A program made the translations under genes and the position numbers. 42,842 nucleotides of DNA from Bacteroidales bacterium (lineage in GTDB: Bacteria > Bacteroidota > Bacteroidia > Bacteroidales > NBLH01), in the NCBI GenBank assembly GCA_021647685.1, contig JAKIUH010000002.1:1-42842 (forward strand), given 5' to 3'. Positions within the stretch are counted from its first letter, which is position 1. Each line of letters begins with the position of its first letter. Shown here in pieces: positions 26,107-34,703 of the stretch. The notes beneath the pieces were generated by a model. The model searched no databases. It was not told where the DNA came from and saw nothing but the letters and a program-made list of their open reading frames with translations.

Positions 26107-27747
26107 TTATTTTTCAGATAGTTCTCCTGCCAATTTTAAGGCTTTGTAGGCATTAATAATACCTCCTGTTTGTGAAAGGTCTTTAAATTCAATAGACTTA
26201 TCTTTGGTTCCAGGTAAAGTTACTTTTGAATCTCCATAATTTTCAACTGATTTTAATAAAATATCTTTTAGCTGAAGTGCCGTTAAATCCGGGTAATATG
26301 ACAAAACTAAAGCAGCTACTCCTGCTACTACCGGCGATGCCATACTTGTTCCTTGCAGGTTTTTGTATTTATTATCAGGCACTGTTGAATAAATTTTCAT
26401 TCCGGGAGCAAAAACATCTACCGAGTTTTTTCCGTAATTAGAAAAAGGTGCTACAAAATTACCTTCATCTTGCCATGATGAAGCACCTACTTCAATCCAA
26501 TTTTTAGCGACTTTACCATTTAAATAACGTGCATTAGGAAAATTAGGAAGTTCATCATTATTTTGCCCCTCGTTACCTGCTGCATGAACCAATAAAACAC
26601 CTTTTTTCTCAGCATACTTAACTGCCTTATCAACGTATTTTTTATAAGGAGAGTAAGCTTTTCCAAAACTCATATTAATTATTTGAGCACCGTTATTTAC
26701 CGCATAGTAAATTGAGTTTGCCACGTCTTTATCGCGTTCATCACCATTTGGCACGCAACGTATAACCATGATTTTAACATCAGCGGCAATTCCATTCATA
26801 CCAATATTATTATTACGAACAGCACCAATAATTCCTGCAACATGTGTTCCGTGCATGGCATCGGGTCCTTCTACTTTATTATTACCGTAATCTCTTTGCT
26901 TTTTATTGTCATAATCATCACCTACAATATGGCGAGCATCAAAATCAGGGTTTAAGTTGTATTCTAACTGCTCTTTATAATAATCAACTCCCTCTTGCAT
27001 ATCTTCCGGAGTAATACCATTGGTTTTTGCATATATAAGCATTCCTTTTGCCTGATTTACATTTTGTTTATCGCTTTTAAAATTTTGTAAATCTTCAATG
27101 GTATAATCATCTTTGCCCAATTCGGTTTTCATTGTAGAGTCGGCTAATGTCAGCATTTTTGCAAAACCTTCTATATTTTGTAATGTTTGTTTTGCTTCCT
27201 GTACTTTTGCTTCAAATGCTTTTTTATATTCCAAATATTGGTTAAACTCCTTTAATTTTTTACCTTTAAAATCCGAAGCATTTTTCCCTTCATATATCTT
27301 TTTGTATTTAACATACAATCGGGTTAGTTCCAAATTTTCCTGGTTAACCATTTTGCCATCGGCTCCTCCAATAAAATTCCAGCCGTAAACATCGTCCACA
27401 TAACCGTTTTTATCATCGTCAATACCGTTTCCGGCAATTTCACCGGTGTTTATCCAAATATTGTCTTTTAAATCTTCATGTTCAATATCAATACCGGAAT
27501 CAATAATGGCAACAATTACGGTTTTTGTTTTTTTGCCTTTTAAAATTTGCTCATAAGCTTTTTGGTCGCTTACACCTTTGAAGTGATCTGCTTGCGGGTC
27601 AAGATGAAACCAATTTTGAGGTACTTCATCTTCTAAAATAAATTGCTTGTTAACAGCAGTTGCATCAACAACATGACTGCTTTGTGCATTTGCAAAAATA
27701 ATTGATGCAAATAAAATAAGTGTTACTAAAATTTTTCTTGTTATCAT
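26107..27747 (-). CDS. secreted S8 (subtilisin-family) serine peptidase
   Basis: Signal peptide and the catalytic triad contexts AIIDSGIDIEHEDL (Asp), HGTHVAGIIGA (His) and GTSMASPVVAGVAAL (Ser). Confidence 0.9.
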   Translation of the reverse strand: MITRKILVTLILFASIIFANAQSSHVVDATAVNKQFILEDEVPQNWFHLDPQADHFKGVSDQKAYEQILKGKKTKTVIVAIIDSGIDIEHEDLKDNIWINTGEIAGNGIDDDKNGYVDDVYGWNFIGGADGKMVNQENLELTRLYVKYKKIYEGKNASDFKGKKLKEFNQYLEYKKAFEAKVQEAKQTLQNIEGFAKMLTLADSTMKTELGKDDYTIEDLQNFKSDKQNVNQAKGMLIYAKTNGITPEDMQEGVDYYKEQLEYNLNPDFDARHIVGDDYDNKKQRDYGNNKVEGPDAMHGTHVAGIIGAVRNNNIGMNGIAADVKIMVIRCVPNGDERDKDVANSIYYAVNNGAQIINMSFGKAYSPYKKYVDKAVKYAEKKGVLLVHAAGNEGQNNDELPNFPNARYLNGKVAKNWIEVGASSWQDEGNFVAPFSNYGKNSVDVFAPGMKIYSTVPDNKYKNLQGTSMASPVVAGVAALVLSYYPDLTALQLKDILLKSVENYGDSKVTLPGTKDKSIEFKDLSQTGGIINAYKALKLAGELSEK

Positions 27748-27773
27748 TTTTTTAAGGATTATAATTTAATTGT

Positions 27774-27781
27774 CAAAAGTA
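27774..27781 (-). promoter_or_regulatory. TAnnTTTG -7 box for the S8 peptidase gene
   Basis: The plus-strand caaaagta is the reverse complement of tacttttg, 26 bp upstream of the start at 27747. Confidence 0.4.
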
Positions 27782-27864
27782 GTTTTTTTTCAATAATTAT
27801 AACTTATTTTTTAAAATAATTATCTGAAATGTATATCATATTCATATAGCTGTAAAATATTTTA

Positions 27865-27872
27865 TAATTTTG
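27865..27872 (+). promoter_or_regulatory. TAnnTTTG -7 box upstream of the 929-aa ORF
   Basis: taattttg lies 45 bp upstream of the ATG at 27918. Confidence 0.35.
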
Positions 27873-27917
27873 AATTTTATTTTGCTGTATAAATTTTCCC
27901 AATAAATTAGCTGTAAT

Positions 27918-30707
27918 ATGTTTAAAAGTAAAACAAGTATATTCATTACTGTTGGTGTATTGCTAGCAATAGCAATCGGTTTACAGTTTATTAATAATCA
28001 GGAAAAAACAGTTCCGGTAGGAATAAAAGCTGTTCCTTTGGATGCAGCCCTTATTCTTGAAAGTAATAATTTTCCTGAGTTAATCAATAAACTCAATAAG
28101 TCAAATAAGTTTAGTCAAGAATTTTCAAATATTGAAGAATGGACAAATTTTTTCAAACAATTGGAGTTTTTAGACACATTATTTGAACAAAACCGTGATA
28201 TTCGGAAAATTTTCGCTGCAGGCAGAACACTTTGTTCCGGACATTTAATGGGAAAAGACAAAATGCAATTTTTATATGTTTTACCACTAAGTTCGGGCAG
28301 TGACGAAGATGCTTTACGAAACTTTATTGCACAGTTTACCACCGGAGCCAATGGAGATGAACGTGCTAAAATAATGCAAAGAAGCTATGAAGGCTATTAT
28401 GTTTATAATATGTTTTATTTTGATGAAAATGATAAAGACCTGAGCTTTAATTATACATTCACCAACGGACTTTTTATTTTCAGCTTTTCAAAAATTCTTT
28501 TTGAAGAGTCTGTGCGTATGTTAAACTCAAAAGAATCTCTTTTGGATGATTCCGGATACCAAAAAGTGGTACAAATTGCCGGAAAAAATGTTGATGCCAA
28601 TTTATTTATCAATTATAAATATTTCCCAAACAGCTTAAACAAACTAATCAATACATCAAACACTAGATTTTACGATTTTACCGGTCATTTCGCCTCTTGG
28701 TCCGTTTTAGATATTAAGCTGAAAAACGATGCTCTTTTAATGAGTGGATTTACTCATTCAAATGACTCATTAAATAACTACTTAAATATATTTAAAAATC
28801 AGGAAAATATAGAAAATAATTTTTTGGATATTTTACCTGAAAATACTGCCGGATTTTTGGCAATTAATTTATCCGATGTTTCATCTTTTCGTCAAAACTA
28901 TGTACAATATTTAAAAGAGAATAGAAGATATCATAAAATAAAACTAAAACTAGGGCAATTAAAGGCTCGCTTTAATTATAATTTTTCAGAAGATTTTTAC
29001 GAATATATTGAAGGTACTGTTTGCGTAGCCTATCTTCCTGATAAAATACTGACGAACAAGCCTGTTGCACTTGGTATTTTACAAATTAACGATACCGAAC
29101 AATTAAGCGAAAAACTTGAAGAACTATCAAAGATAAGAATACAAAAAGATACTTCAATATCTTTTAAGGCAATGGCACCCGTAACTTTAGATGCAAAAGA
29201 AAAAATTATTGCAAACATATTTCCTGCACCCGAATTATTTCCGTTATTATTTGGTAATGCTTTTAGCGATATTAATGCACAATATTATATAGTGCTTGGA
29301 GATTATTTAATTGCTTCAAAATCAATAAAAGATTTAAAAAATTATTATAAAAAATATAAACTAAACTTGCTAATTCGCAGAAATAAAAATTTTGTAGAAT
29401 TTTCAAATACCCTATCATCCGAGTCAAATATATTTTTATATCTTGATTTCTTTTATGGAAAATCTTTAATACAGCCATTTTTTAGCAGAAGCTTTAAACG
29501 TATTTATAAAAATAATATAGAGAGTTTTGATAAATTACAAGCTGCAGCACTACAATTTGGAGTGGAAAAAGATGTATTTTTTACCGGACTTTCTTTAAGG
29601 TTTAATCCCGCATATAATGAAAAACCAAAAAATGTATGGCAAATTCAAATGGATGCAGGTTTGAATATGAAACCACAGCTTGTTACAAACCACTATACGG
29701 GAAACAAAGAAGTGCTGATACAAGATACAGAGAATAACTTAATTTTATACGGCACTGATGGTAATTTACTATGGAAAAGACATTTACCCGGAAAAATAAT
29801 GGGTAAGGTTCATCAAATTGATTTTTATAAAAATAATAAATTGCAATTATTGTTTAATACACGTGAATACATATTCATCATCGACCGAAAAGGACGTGAT
29901 GTAGAAAACTTTCCGATTAAATTCAAATCGCCGGCAACCAATGGTTTGGCGGTATTTGATTATGAAAATAAGAAAAATTACCGGATTTTTGTTGCTTGTG
30001 AAAACAGAAGTGTTTATTTATTAGATAAATATGCAACTAAAGTTAGCGGTTGGGAATTTGATAAAACGCAAAGTAAAGTAAGCCTGCCTTTAAAACATTT
30101 TGCATATAAGGGTAAAGATTATATTGTATTTTCTGATGAACAAAACATATACATTCTCAACCGGCGCGGACAAACTCGCATTGAGTTAAAAGCACAGTTT
30201 GAAAAAGCAAAAAATTCAGAAATTTATTTTGATCAAGTAAACGGACCGGAAACTGCAACTTTTATCACAACCGGTAAAAATGGAATTGTTTACTTTATCT
30301 TTTTAGATGGAACTATTAAAAAAATGACTTTAGGTACATTTTCTGCCGATCATTATTTTAAATATGGAGAACTTTTAGGCAATGATAAAAAGTTTTTTGT
30401 ATTTGCTGATGGTTCAAAGCTTTCAGTTTTTAAAGGAGATAAATCCCTATCGTTTGAGAAAAATTTTGAATATCCGGTTAATAATACACTTAATTTATAT
30501 AAAATAGGTAAAGTTCAACTCATCGGTTTATCAATAAACGATGAAAACAGAGTGTATTTATATACCCCACAAGGAAAAAGAGTTAAAGGATTTCCTATGG
30601 AAGGTGTCGGAATGTTTAGTATTGGAAAATTAAAAACAAAATCGGATAAGTTTAACCTGATTACCGGAAGTAAAGACAATATTTTGTATAATTATACTTT
30701 AAAGTAA
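27918..30707 (+). CDS. 929-aa membrane-anchored protein of unknown function with a C-terminal beta-propeller-like repeat region
   Basis: Long uninterrupted ORF with an N-terminal anchor SIFITVGVLLAIAIGLQFI. The N-terminal two-thirds remind me of DUF3352-type proteins (unverified). The C-terminal third has repeated strand patterns (LILYGTDGNLLWKR, YIFIIDRKGRDVENFP, VYLLDKYATKVSGWEF, IYILNRRGQTR) suggesting a BamB/PQQ-like propeller. Confidence 0.6.
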   Translation: MFKSKTSIFITVGVLLAIAIGLQFINNQEKTVPVGIKAVPLDAALILESNNFPELINKLNKSNKFSQEFSNIEEWTNFFKQLEFLDTLFEQNRDIRKIFAAGRTLCSGHLMGKDKMQFLYVLPLSSGSDEDALRNFIAQFTTGANGDERAKIMQRSYEGYYVYNMFYFDENDKDLSFNYTFTNGLFIFSFSKILFEESVRMLNSKESLLDDSGYQKVVQIAGKNVDANLFINYKYFPNSLNKLINTSNTRFYDFTGHFASWSVLDIKLKNDALLMSGFTHSNDSLNNYLNIFKNQENIENNFLDILPENTAGFLAINLSDVSSFRQNYVQYLKENRRYHKIKLKLGQLKARFNYNFSEDFYEYIEGTVCVAYLPDKILTNKPVALGILQINDTEQLSEKLEELSKIRIQKDTSISFKAMAPVTLDAKEKIIANIFPAPELFPLLFGNAFSDINAQYYIVLGDYLIASKSIKDLKNYYKKYKLNLLIRRNKNFVEFSNTLSSESNIFLYLDFFYGKSLIQPFFSRSFKRIYKNNIESFDKLQAAALQFGVEKDVFFTGLSLRFNPAYNEKPKNVWQIQMDAGLNMKPQLVTNHYTGNKEVLIQDTENNLILYGTDGNLLWKRHLPGKIMGKVHQIDFYKNNKLQLLFNTREYIFIIDRKGRDVENFPIKFKSPATNGLAVFDYENKKNYRIFVACENRSVYLLDKYATKVSGWEFDKTQSKVSLPLKHFAYKGKDYIVFSDEQNIYILNRRGQTRIELKAQFEKAKNSEIYFDQVNGPETATFITTGKNGIVYFIFLDGTIKKMTLGTFSADHYFKYGELLGNDKKFFVFADGSKLSVFKGDKSLSFEKNFEYPVNNTLNLYKIGKVQLIGLSINDENRVYLYTPQGKRVKGFPMEGVGMFSIGKLKTKSDKFNLITGSKDNILYNYTLK

Positions 30708-30715
30708 AATACAAT

Positions 30716-30748
30716 GCACTGATGTGTTATACATACATCGGTGCTTTT
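30716..30748 (+). terminator. rho-independent terminator after the 929-aa ORF
   Basis: Stem gcactgatgt / acatcggtgc (10 bp with one G-U pair, loop gttatacat) followed by tttt. Confidence 0.7.
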
Positions 30749-31031
30749 GTTCAGCATTTTTGAATATAGTAGGGCTTGCTGAAAAACACTAAATATATTA
30801 TTAACAAGCGTTTTATGTTTGCATTATTGCCTTGAAATGCAAGGTTTTTCACTAAAATATCAAAAAAAGCATGCATTTATTAAATACAAACAATTATATT
30901 TTTTGCTGCTCAGCTGCACACCTCTTTTGTATTTTGTTCAGTTTGAAGTATTTATATACATCTGCACTTCACAAAATCCAAAATAGATGCACATCTGAGC
31001 TTTTCAGCAAGCCCTATAGTAAATCTGAACA
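30748..31031. repeat. ~285-bp intergenic segment bounded by a long inverted repeat
   Basis: Perfect 16-bp pair tagggcttgctgaaaa (30770-30785) / ttttcagcaagcccta (31001-31016). It is extended outward by tgttcag (30748-30754) / ctgaaca (31025-31031). Confidence 0.45.
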
Positions 31032-31097
31032 GCAAGTTTTATTTTTTAAACTTTAATAACCAATTATTATGAAACAATTAAGGTTAATTTATGCAGC

Positions 31098-31826
31098 TTA
31101 AATTTCTCTAACATCCAGCAATACCATATCAAAATTTTCAGGATTTTGCAGTATTTGACCAAGCAGTTCAGCTGTTTTTTCAGGACTGTTAAGCATATTT
31201 TTATTTTTGTACTCAATAAATTTATCCACCCCCGAAAAATCTGATTTATCAGTATTTCTGATTTGTGTTTGCATTTGGGTATCAACAATTCCTGGGGCTA
31301 CAGAAAATATTTTTACAGGATAATCATTCTTTGAAAGTTTTTGTTCTTCATCGGCAACCCAGCTAAACATATCAATTGCCGATTTTGATGCACAATAGGC
31401 AGCCCAAGATTCAATAGCATGCCTGCCTGCACCGGAACTAACCGTAAGTACAATTTTTTCAATTTTCTGTTTTTGATATGCTTTTATAAAATTATTCATC
31501 AAAACTGCGGGCGCAATACTGTTTACCATAAAAGTTTCATAAATTGAATTATTATCAATCGCTCCCACATGATTTATATGCCCAATAATACCTGCATTAT
31601 TAATTAAAACAATTTTATCGGCATCTTGAATATCAATAAATTGAAACTTCTTGACTTCATCAAAATTTTTCAAGTTAATGGGAATAAATTCAAAACGTTC
31701 ATTTTTTATCACATTAGTTCGTGATAAGCCAATCACATAATTTTCTTCATTTTGCAATAAGTGTAAAGCTAAAGCTTTACCAATGCCTTTACCTGTTCCT
31801 GTTACATAATAATAGTTCATATACAC
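31098..31826 (-). CDS. SDR-family short-chain dehydrogenase/reductase
   Basis: TGTGKGIGKALA (TGxxxGxG cofactor motif), NNAG, and the catalytic S...YCASK (YxxxK). Alternative start ATG at 31820. Confidence 0.85.
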   Translation of the reverse strand: MYMNYYYVTGTGKGIGKALALHLLQNEENYVIGLSRTNVIKNERFEFIPINLKNFDEVKKFQFIDIQDADKIVLINNAGIIGHINHVGAIDNNSIYETFMVNSIAPAVLMNNFIKAYQKQKIEKIVLTVSSGAGRHAIESWAAYCASKSAIDMFSWVADEEQKLSKNDYPVKIFSVAPGIVDTQMQTQIRNTDKSDFSGVDKFIEYKNKNMLNSPEKTAELLGQILQNPENFDMVLLDVREI

Positions 31827-31942
31827 AAATTATTTATTGATACTAAAATAAGATAAACTCATCAAAAACAAAAGTAATTTCCTGTAAGCGCTTTGTTTAT
31901 TTAGGTAAATATCATACCTTTACATAGCTAAACCTATTCAGT

Positions 31943-34141
31943 ATGATGAAAACCCCAAAGCTGAAATATTTCTTTGTAGCAATATTCACCCTATGGTTTC
32001 TTATTATTTTATCTTTTTTTCTTACTGCAAACAATGAAATTTTTACTATTATTGATGATCACCCCTTTAAAGAAAACCTGAATAGCAATACCTTAATTTT
32101 AGCACACAAATCTATTGAAAAACACTCCTTACATCTTTTAGTTATATTTTTTATTTTTTGGCTTTCAGGAAATATTTTAATGATTATCAGTTATCTGTAC
32201 ATAAAAAAAAGAATTGACAAAATAAAACAAAAAGAACAACTATTAATTGATAACGAAGAAAAATTCAGAAAATACTTTCAAAACAACCTTGCTGCAATGA
32301 TGCTTATAGATCCTCTAAGCAAAAACATTGTAGATGCAAATAATGCTACATTAAAACTTTACGGGTATTCTAAACAGGAAATACTGCAAAAATCCATGTA
32401 TGACATTAATTTGCTTCCCCCCGATGAGATAGACAAAAAAATGAAAAAAGCAATAGTCAACAAATCAAATTATTTAAGCTTTCAACATAAAATTGCCGAT
32501 GGCTCAATCAAAGATGTAGAAGTGTATGCATCGCCTTTTACTATAAAAAATAAAAAACTCATGTCGATAATTGTACACGACATTACTGATAAAGTAAGAG
32601 TAGAAAAAGCACTTAAAAAGAGCCGAGAAAAATATAAAAACACAAGCAAATTATTAGAAACATTATTCAATGCTGTACCGGATGTAATAGGTATTCATGA
32701 TATGGATTATAATGTAATAAGCTACAACAAGGCAGCTTACAAATTCTTAAATAAAACACCAAAAGAAGTTACCGGTAAAAAGTGCTATGAACTATTAGGT
32801 TGTTCAGATGTTTGTGATAAATGTGTTACAAAAAAAGTTTATCAAACAAAAAAAGTTGCAGTAATTGAAAGCTTTGATAAAAAATCCAACAAATGGTTAG
32901 AACTAAGAGGTTATCCGGTTTTTAACGAAAAAGGTGAACTTTATCAAGTAATTGAGCACATTCGCGATATTACCGAACGAAAAAAATTCATTGAAGAACT
33001 TAAAAATGCAAAAGAAAAAGCAGAAGAAAGCGAACGTTTAAAGTCTTCCTTTTTGGCAAATATGAGCCATGAAATCAGAACGCCCATGAATGCTATATTA
33101 GGCTTCGCTCAATTACTAATGCAAGAAGGATTATCATTAAAAGAAATGCAAAAATACATTGACATTATCACAAACAGTGGAAATCATCTTTTAAAAATTA
33201 TTAATGATATAATTGATATTTCAAAAATCGATGCTAAACAACTTAAAATTAACAAATCACAATTTGACTTGAATAAACTTCTTGGTGAGCTAAATATCTT
33301 TTTTAATTCATTATTAAAACAGCAAAAAAAATCTAATATTCAATTAATAATAAAAAAAACAGCTAATCCCGTTTATATTTTTACCGATAGAACACGCTTA
33401 AATCAAGTATTTATAAATTTAGTCGGAAATGCTATAAAATTTACAGAATCAGGTACTGTAGAACTATCTTATACTCTCAAAGAGAACAAAATATTATTTT
33501 CAGTAAAAGATACAGGTATTGGAATGACCAAAGAAGAATTAAATTTTGTATTTGACCGGTTCAGACAAGGAGATGAAACCAATAGACGTATGTATGGTGG
33601 TACAGGACTGGGACTCTCTATTTCAAAAGAATTTATTGAACTTCTTGGCGGCAGTATTTTTGTTGAATCGAAAAAAGGTAAAGGTTCAACTTTTTATTTT
33701 ACCATACCCTATGAAAATCGTATTCAGGAAAAACACATTGAACCCCCAAAAAAAGTTTTTCAGGCAAAATCAATTTTAAAAAATAAAACCGTTTTAATAG
33801 TCGAAGATGATATATACAGCCAGCAAATTCTTATCGAAATATTAAAACCATTCGGTATAAATATTCTTACAGCATACGATAGCTTAGAAGCGCTTCAAAT
33901 TTGCAAAAGAACTCATCAAATAGACATCGTTTTAATGGATTTACAACTGCCTAAACTTGATGGCTTAGAAGCCACAAAACGAATAAAAAAAATCAGACCT
34001 GATTTGGTAATCATTGCCCAAACAGCCAATGCAATGCCCAAAGACAAAGAAAAATCATTAGCTGCCGGTTGCAATGATTATATTTCAAAACCAATTGACA
34101 CACAAAAAATTATAGATATAATTAGTAAATATATCACTTAG
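31943..34141 (+). CDS. membrane-bound hybrid sensor histidine kinase (2 TM, 2 PAS, HisKA, HATPase_c, REC)
   Basis: Two N-terminal hydrophobic helices, PAS regions, H-box SHEIRTPMNAILGF, G-boxes DTGIGM and GGTGLGLSISK, and a receiver domain with VLMDLQLPKLDG. Confidence 0.85.
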   Translation: MMKTPKLKYFFVAIFTLWFLIILSFFLTANNEIFTIIDDHPFKENLNSNTLILAHKSIEKHSLHLLVIFFIFWLSGNILMIISYLYIKKRIDKIKQKEQLLIDNEEKFRKYFQNNLAAMMLIDPLSKNIVDANNATLKLYGYSKQEILQKSMYDINLLPPDEIDKKMKKAIVNKSNYLSFQHKIADGSIKDVEVYASPFTIKNKKLMSIIVHDITDKVRVEKALKKSREKYKNTSKLLETLFNAVPDVIGIHDMDYNVISYNKAAYKFLNKTPKEVTGKKCYELLGCSDVCDKCVTKKVYQTKKVAVIESFDKKSNKWLELRGYPVFNEKGELYQVIEHIRDITERKKFIEELKNAKEKAEESERLKSSFLANMSHEIRTPMNAILGFAQLLMQEGLSLKEMQKYIDIITNSGNHLLKIINDIIDISKIDAKQLKINKSQFDLNKLLGELNIFFNSLLKQQKKSNIQLIIKKTANPVYIFTDRTRLNQVFINLVGNAIKFTESGTVELSYTLKENKILFSVKDTGIGMTKEELNFVFDRFRQGDETNRRMYGGTGLGLSISKEFIELLGGSIFVESKKGKGSTFYFTIPYENRIQEKHIEPPKKVFQAKSILKNKTVLIVEDDIYSQQILIEILKPFGINILTAYDSLEALQICKRTHQIDIVLMDLQLPKLDGLEATKRIKKIRPDLVIIAQTANAMPKDKEKSLAAGCNDYISKPIDTQKIIDIISKYIT

Positions 34142-34455
34142 CTTTTTACCTTAATCAAATGGTACACATCCATAACCAAGCAAGAACTTAATTCAGCTTT
34201 TAAATGCTTTTTCCAATATTCAAACAGTTTTTTTCCTGCAAACTGACCGCCAAAAAAAGCACCTACCATTACAGGATAAGTTTCCCAACCAAAACCTAAA
34301 TCTCCATAAACCCGTAATAAAATAACAAAAGGAACCGGAATATGAATTGCCAAAGCCCATTGAAGTGAAAATTTCCGAACATTAGCACGCCAATATCCAA
34401 AGGGCACATTCATTAAAAATACAATTAAAGCAATAATAAATAGTTTCATATGCAA
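34138..34455 (-). CDS. small integral membrane protein (3 predicted TM helices), unknown function
   Basis: Hydrophobic segments LFIIALIVFLMNVPF, WALAIHIPVPFVILL and YPVMVGAFFGGQF. Its stop overlaps the convergent kinase stop by 4 bp. Alternative start at 34449. Confidence 0.45.
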   Translation of the reverse strand: MHMKLFIIALIVFLMNVPFGYWRANVRKFSLQWALAIHIPVPFVILLRVYGDLGFGWETYPVMVGAFFGGQFAGKKLFEYWKKHLKAELSSCLVMDVYHLIKVKS

Positions 34456-34505
34456 ATATCTTTTATAAAATGAATATTAAAGGCGGACAAACAGGCTTCC
34501 CGCTT

Positions 34506-34671
34506 CTAGTGTTATGTCAAGCATGTTTTTGTCACACCAAGTTTCGCTCTTTTTGCGTAGAACTTTATTAAAAATTTTGACCATAGCTACTGCTATGCTA
34601 AAAATTTTTGCCTTGTTCTACACAAAAATAACTTCAACTTATACGACACAACACACTTGACATAACACTAG
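34506..34671. repeat. 166-nt near-perfect hairpin element between the RSH gene and the small membrane protein gene
   Basis: The outer arms ctagtgttatgtcaag (34506-34521) / cttgacataacactag (34656-34671) are a perfect 16-bp pair. The inner arms (gcgtagaac / gttctacac, aaaatttt / aaaatttt, catagc / gctatg) continue the pairing to a central 4-nt loop. Confidence 0.65.
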
Positions 34672-34703
34672 TGCCCGGCGCTATAATTTACAAGCATATT
34701 TTA

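Noticed and set aside
14655-30970. Apparent sharing of short blocks (gctcagc, gcacct/gcacacct, ttgtatt, atctgca) between the 14601-14692 repeat and the interior of the 30748-31031 element. Also a shared 10-mer acgaacatca at 14355 and 25668.
   Set aside because: The blocks occur in a different order and mixed orientation, so there is no collinear alignment. Isolated 10-mer matches are expected by chance many times in a 43-kb sequence.
14333-31012. Recurrence of the palindromic heptamer GCTNAGC (gctcagc/gctgagc) in several intergenic elements (about 14334, 14607, 14698, 30906, 31007).
   Set aside because: A rough expectation for this degenerate 7-mer in 43 kb of this composition is already a few occurrences, so the count is not clearly above chance without a proper computation.
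30871-31288. 61-aa plus-strand ORF (30871-31056) and 73-aa minus-strand ORF (31067-31288).
   Set aside because: The first lies inside the inverted-repeat-bounded spacer and has no supporting features. The second is out of frame within the 3' end of the SDR gene.
34138-34141. 4-bp convergent overlap of the hybrid kinase stop with the stop of the 105-aa membrane-protein ORF.
   Set aside because: Short convergent overlaps are common. This one may simply reflect the poorly supported 3' end of the small ORF, and it is not evidence of regulation on its own.
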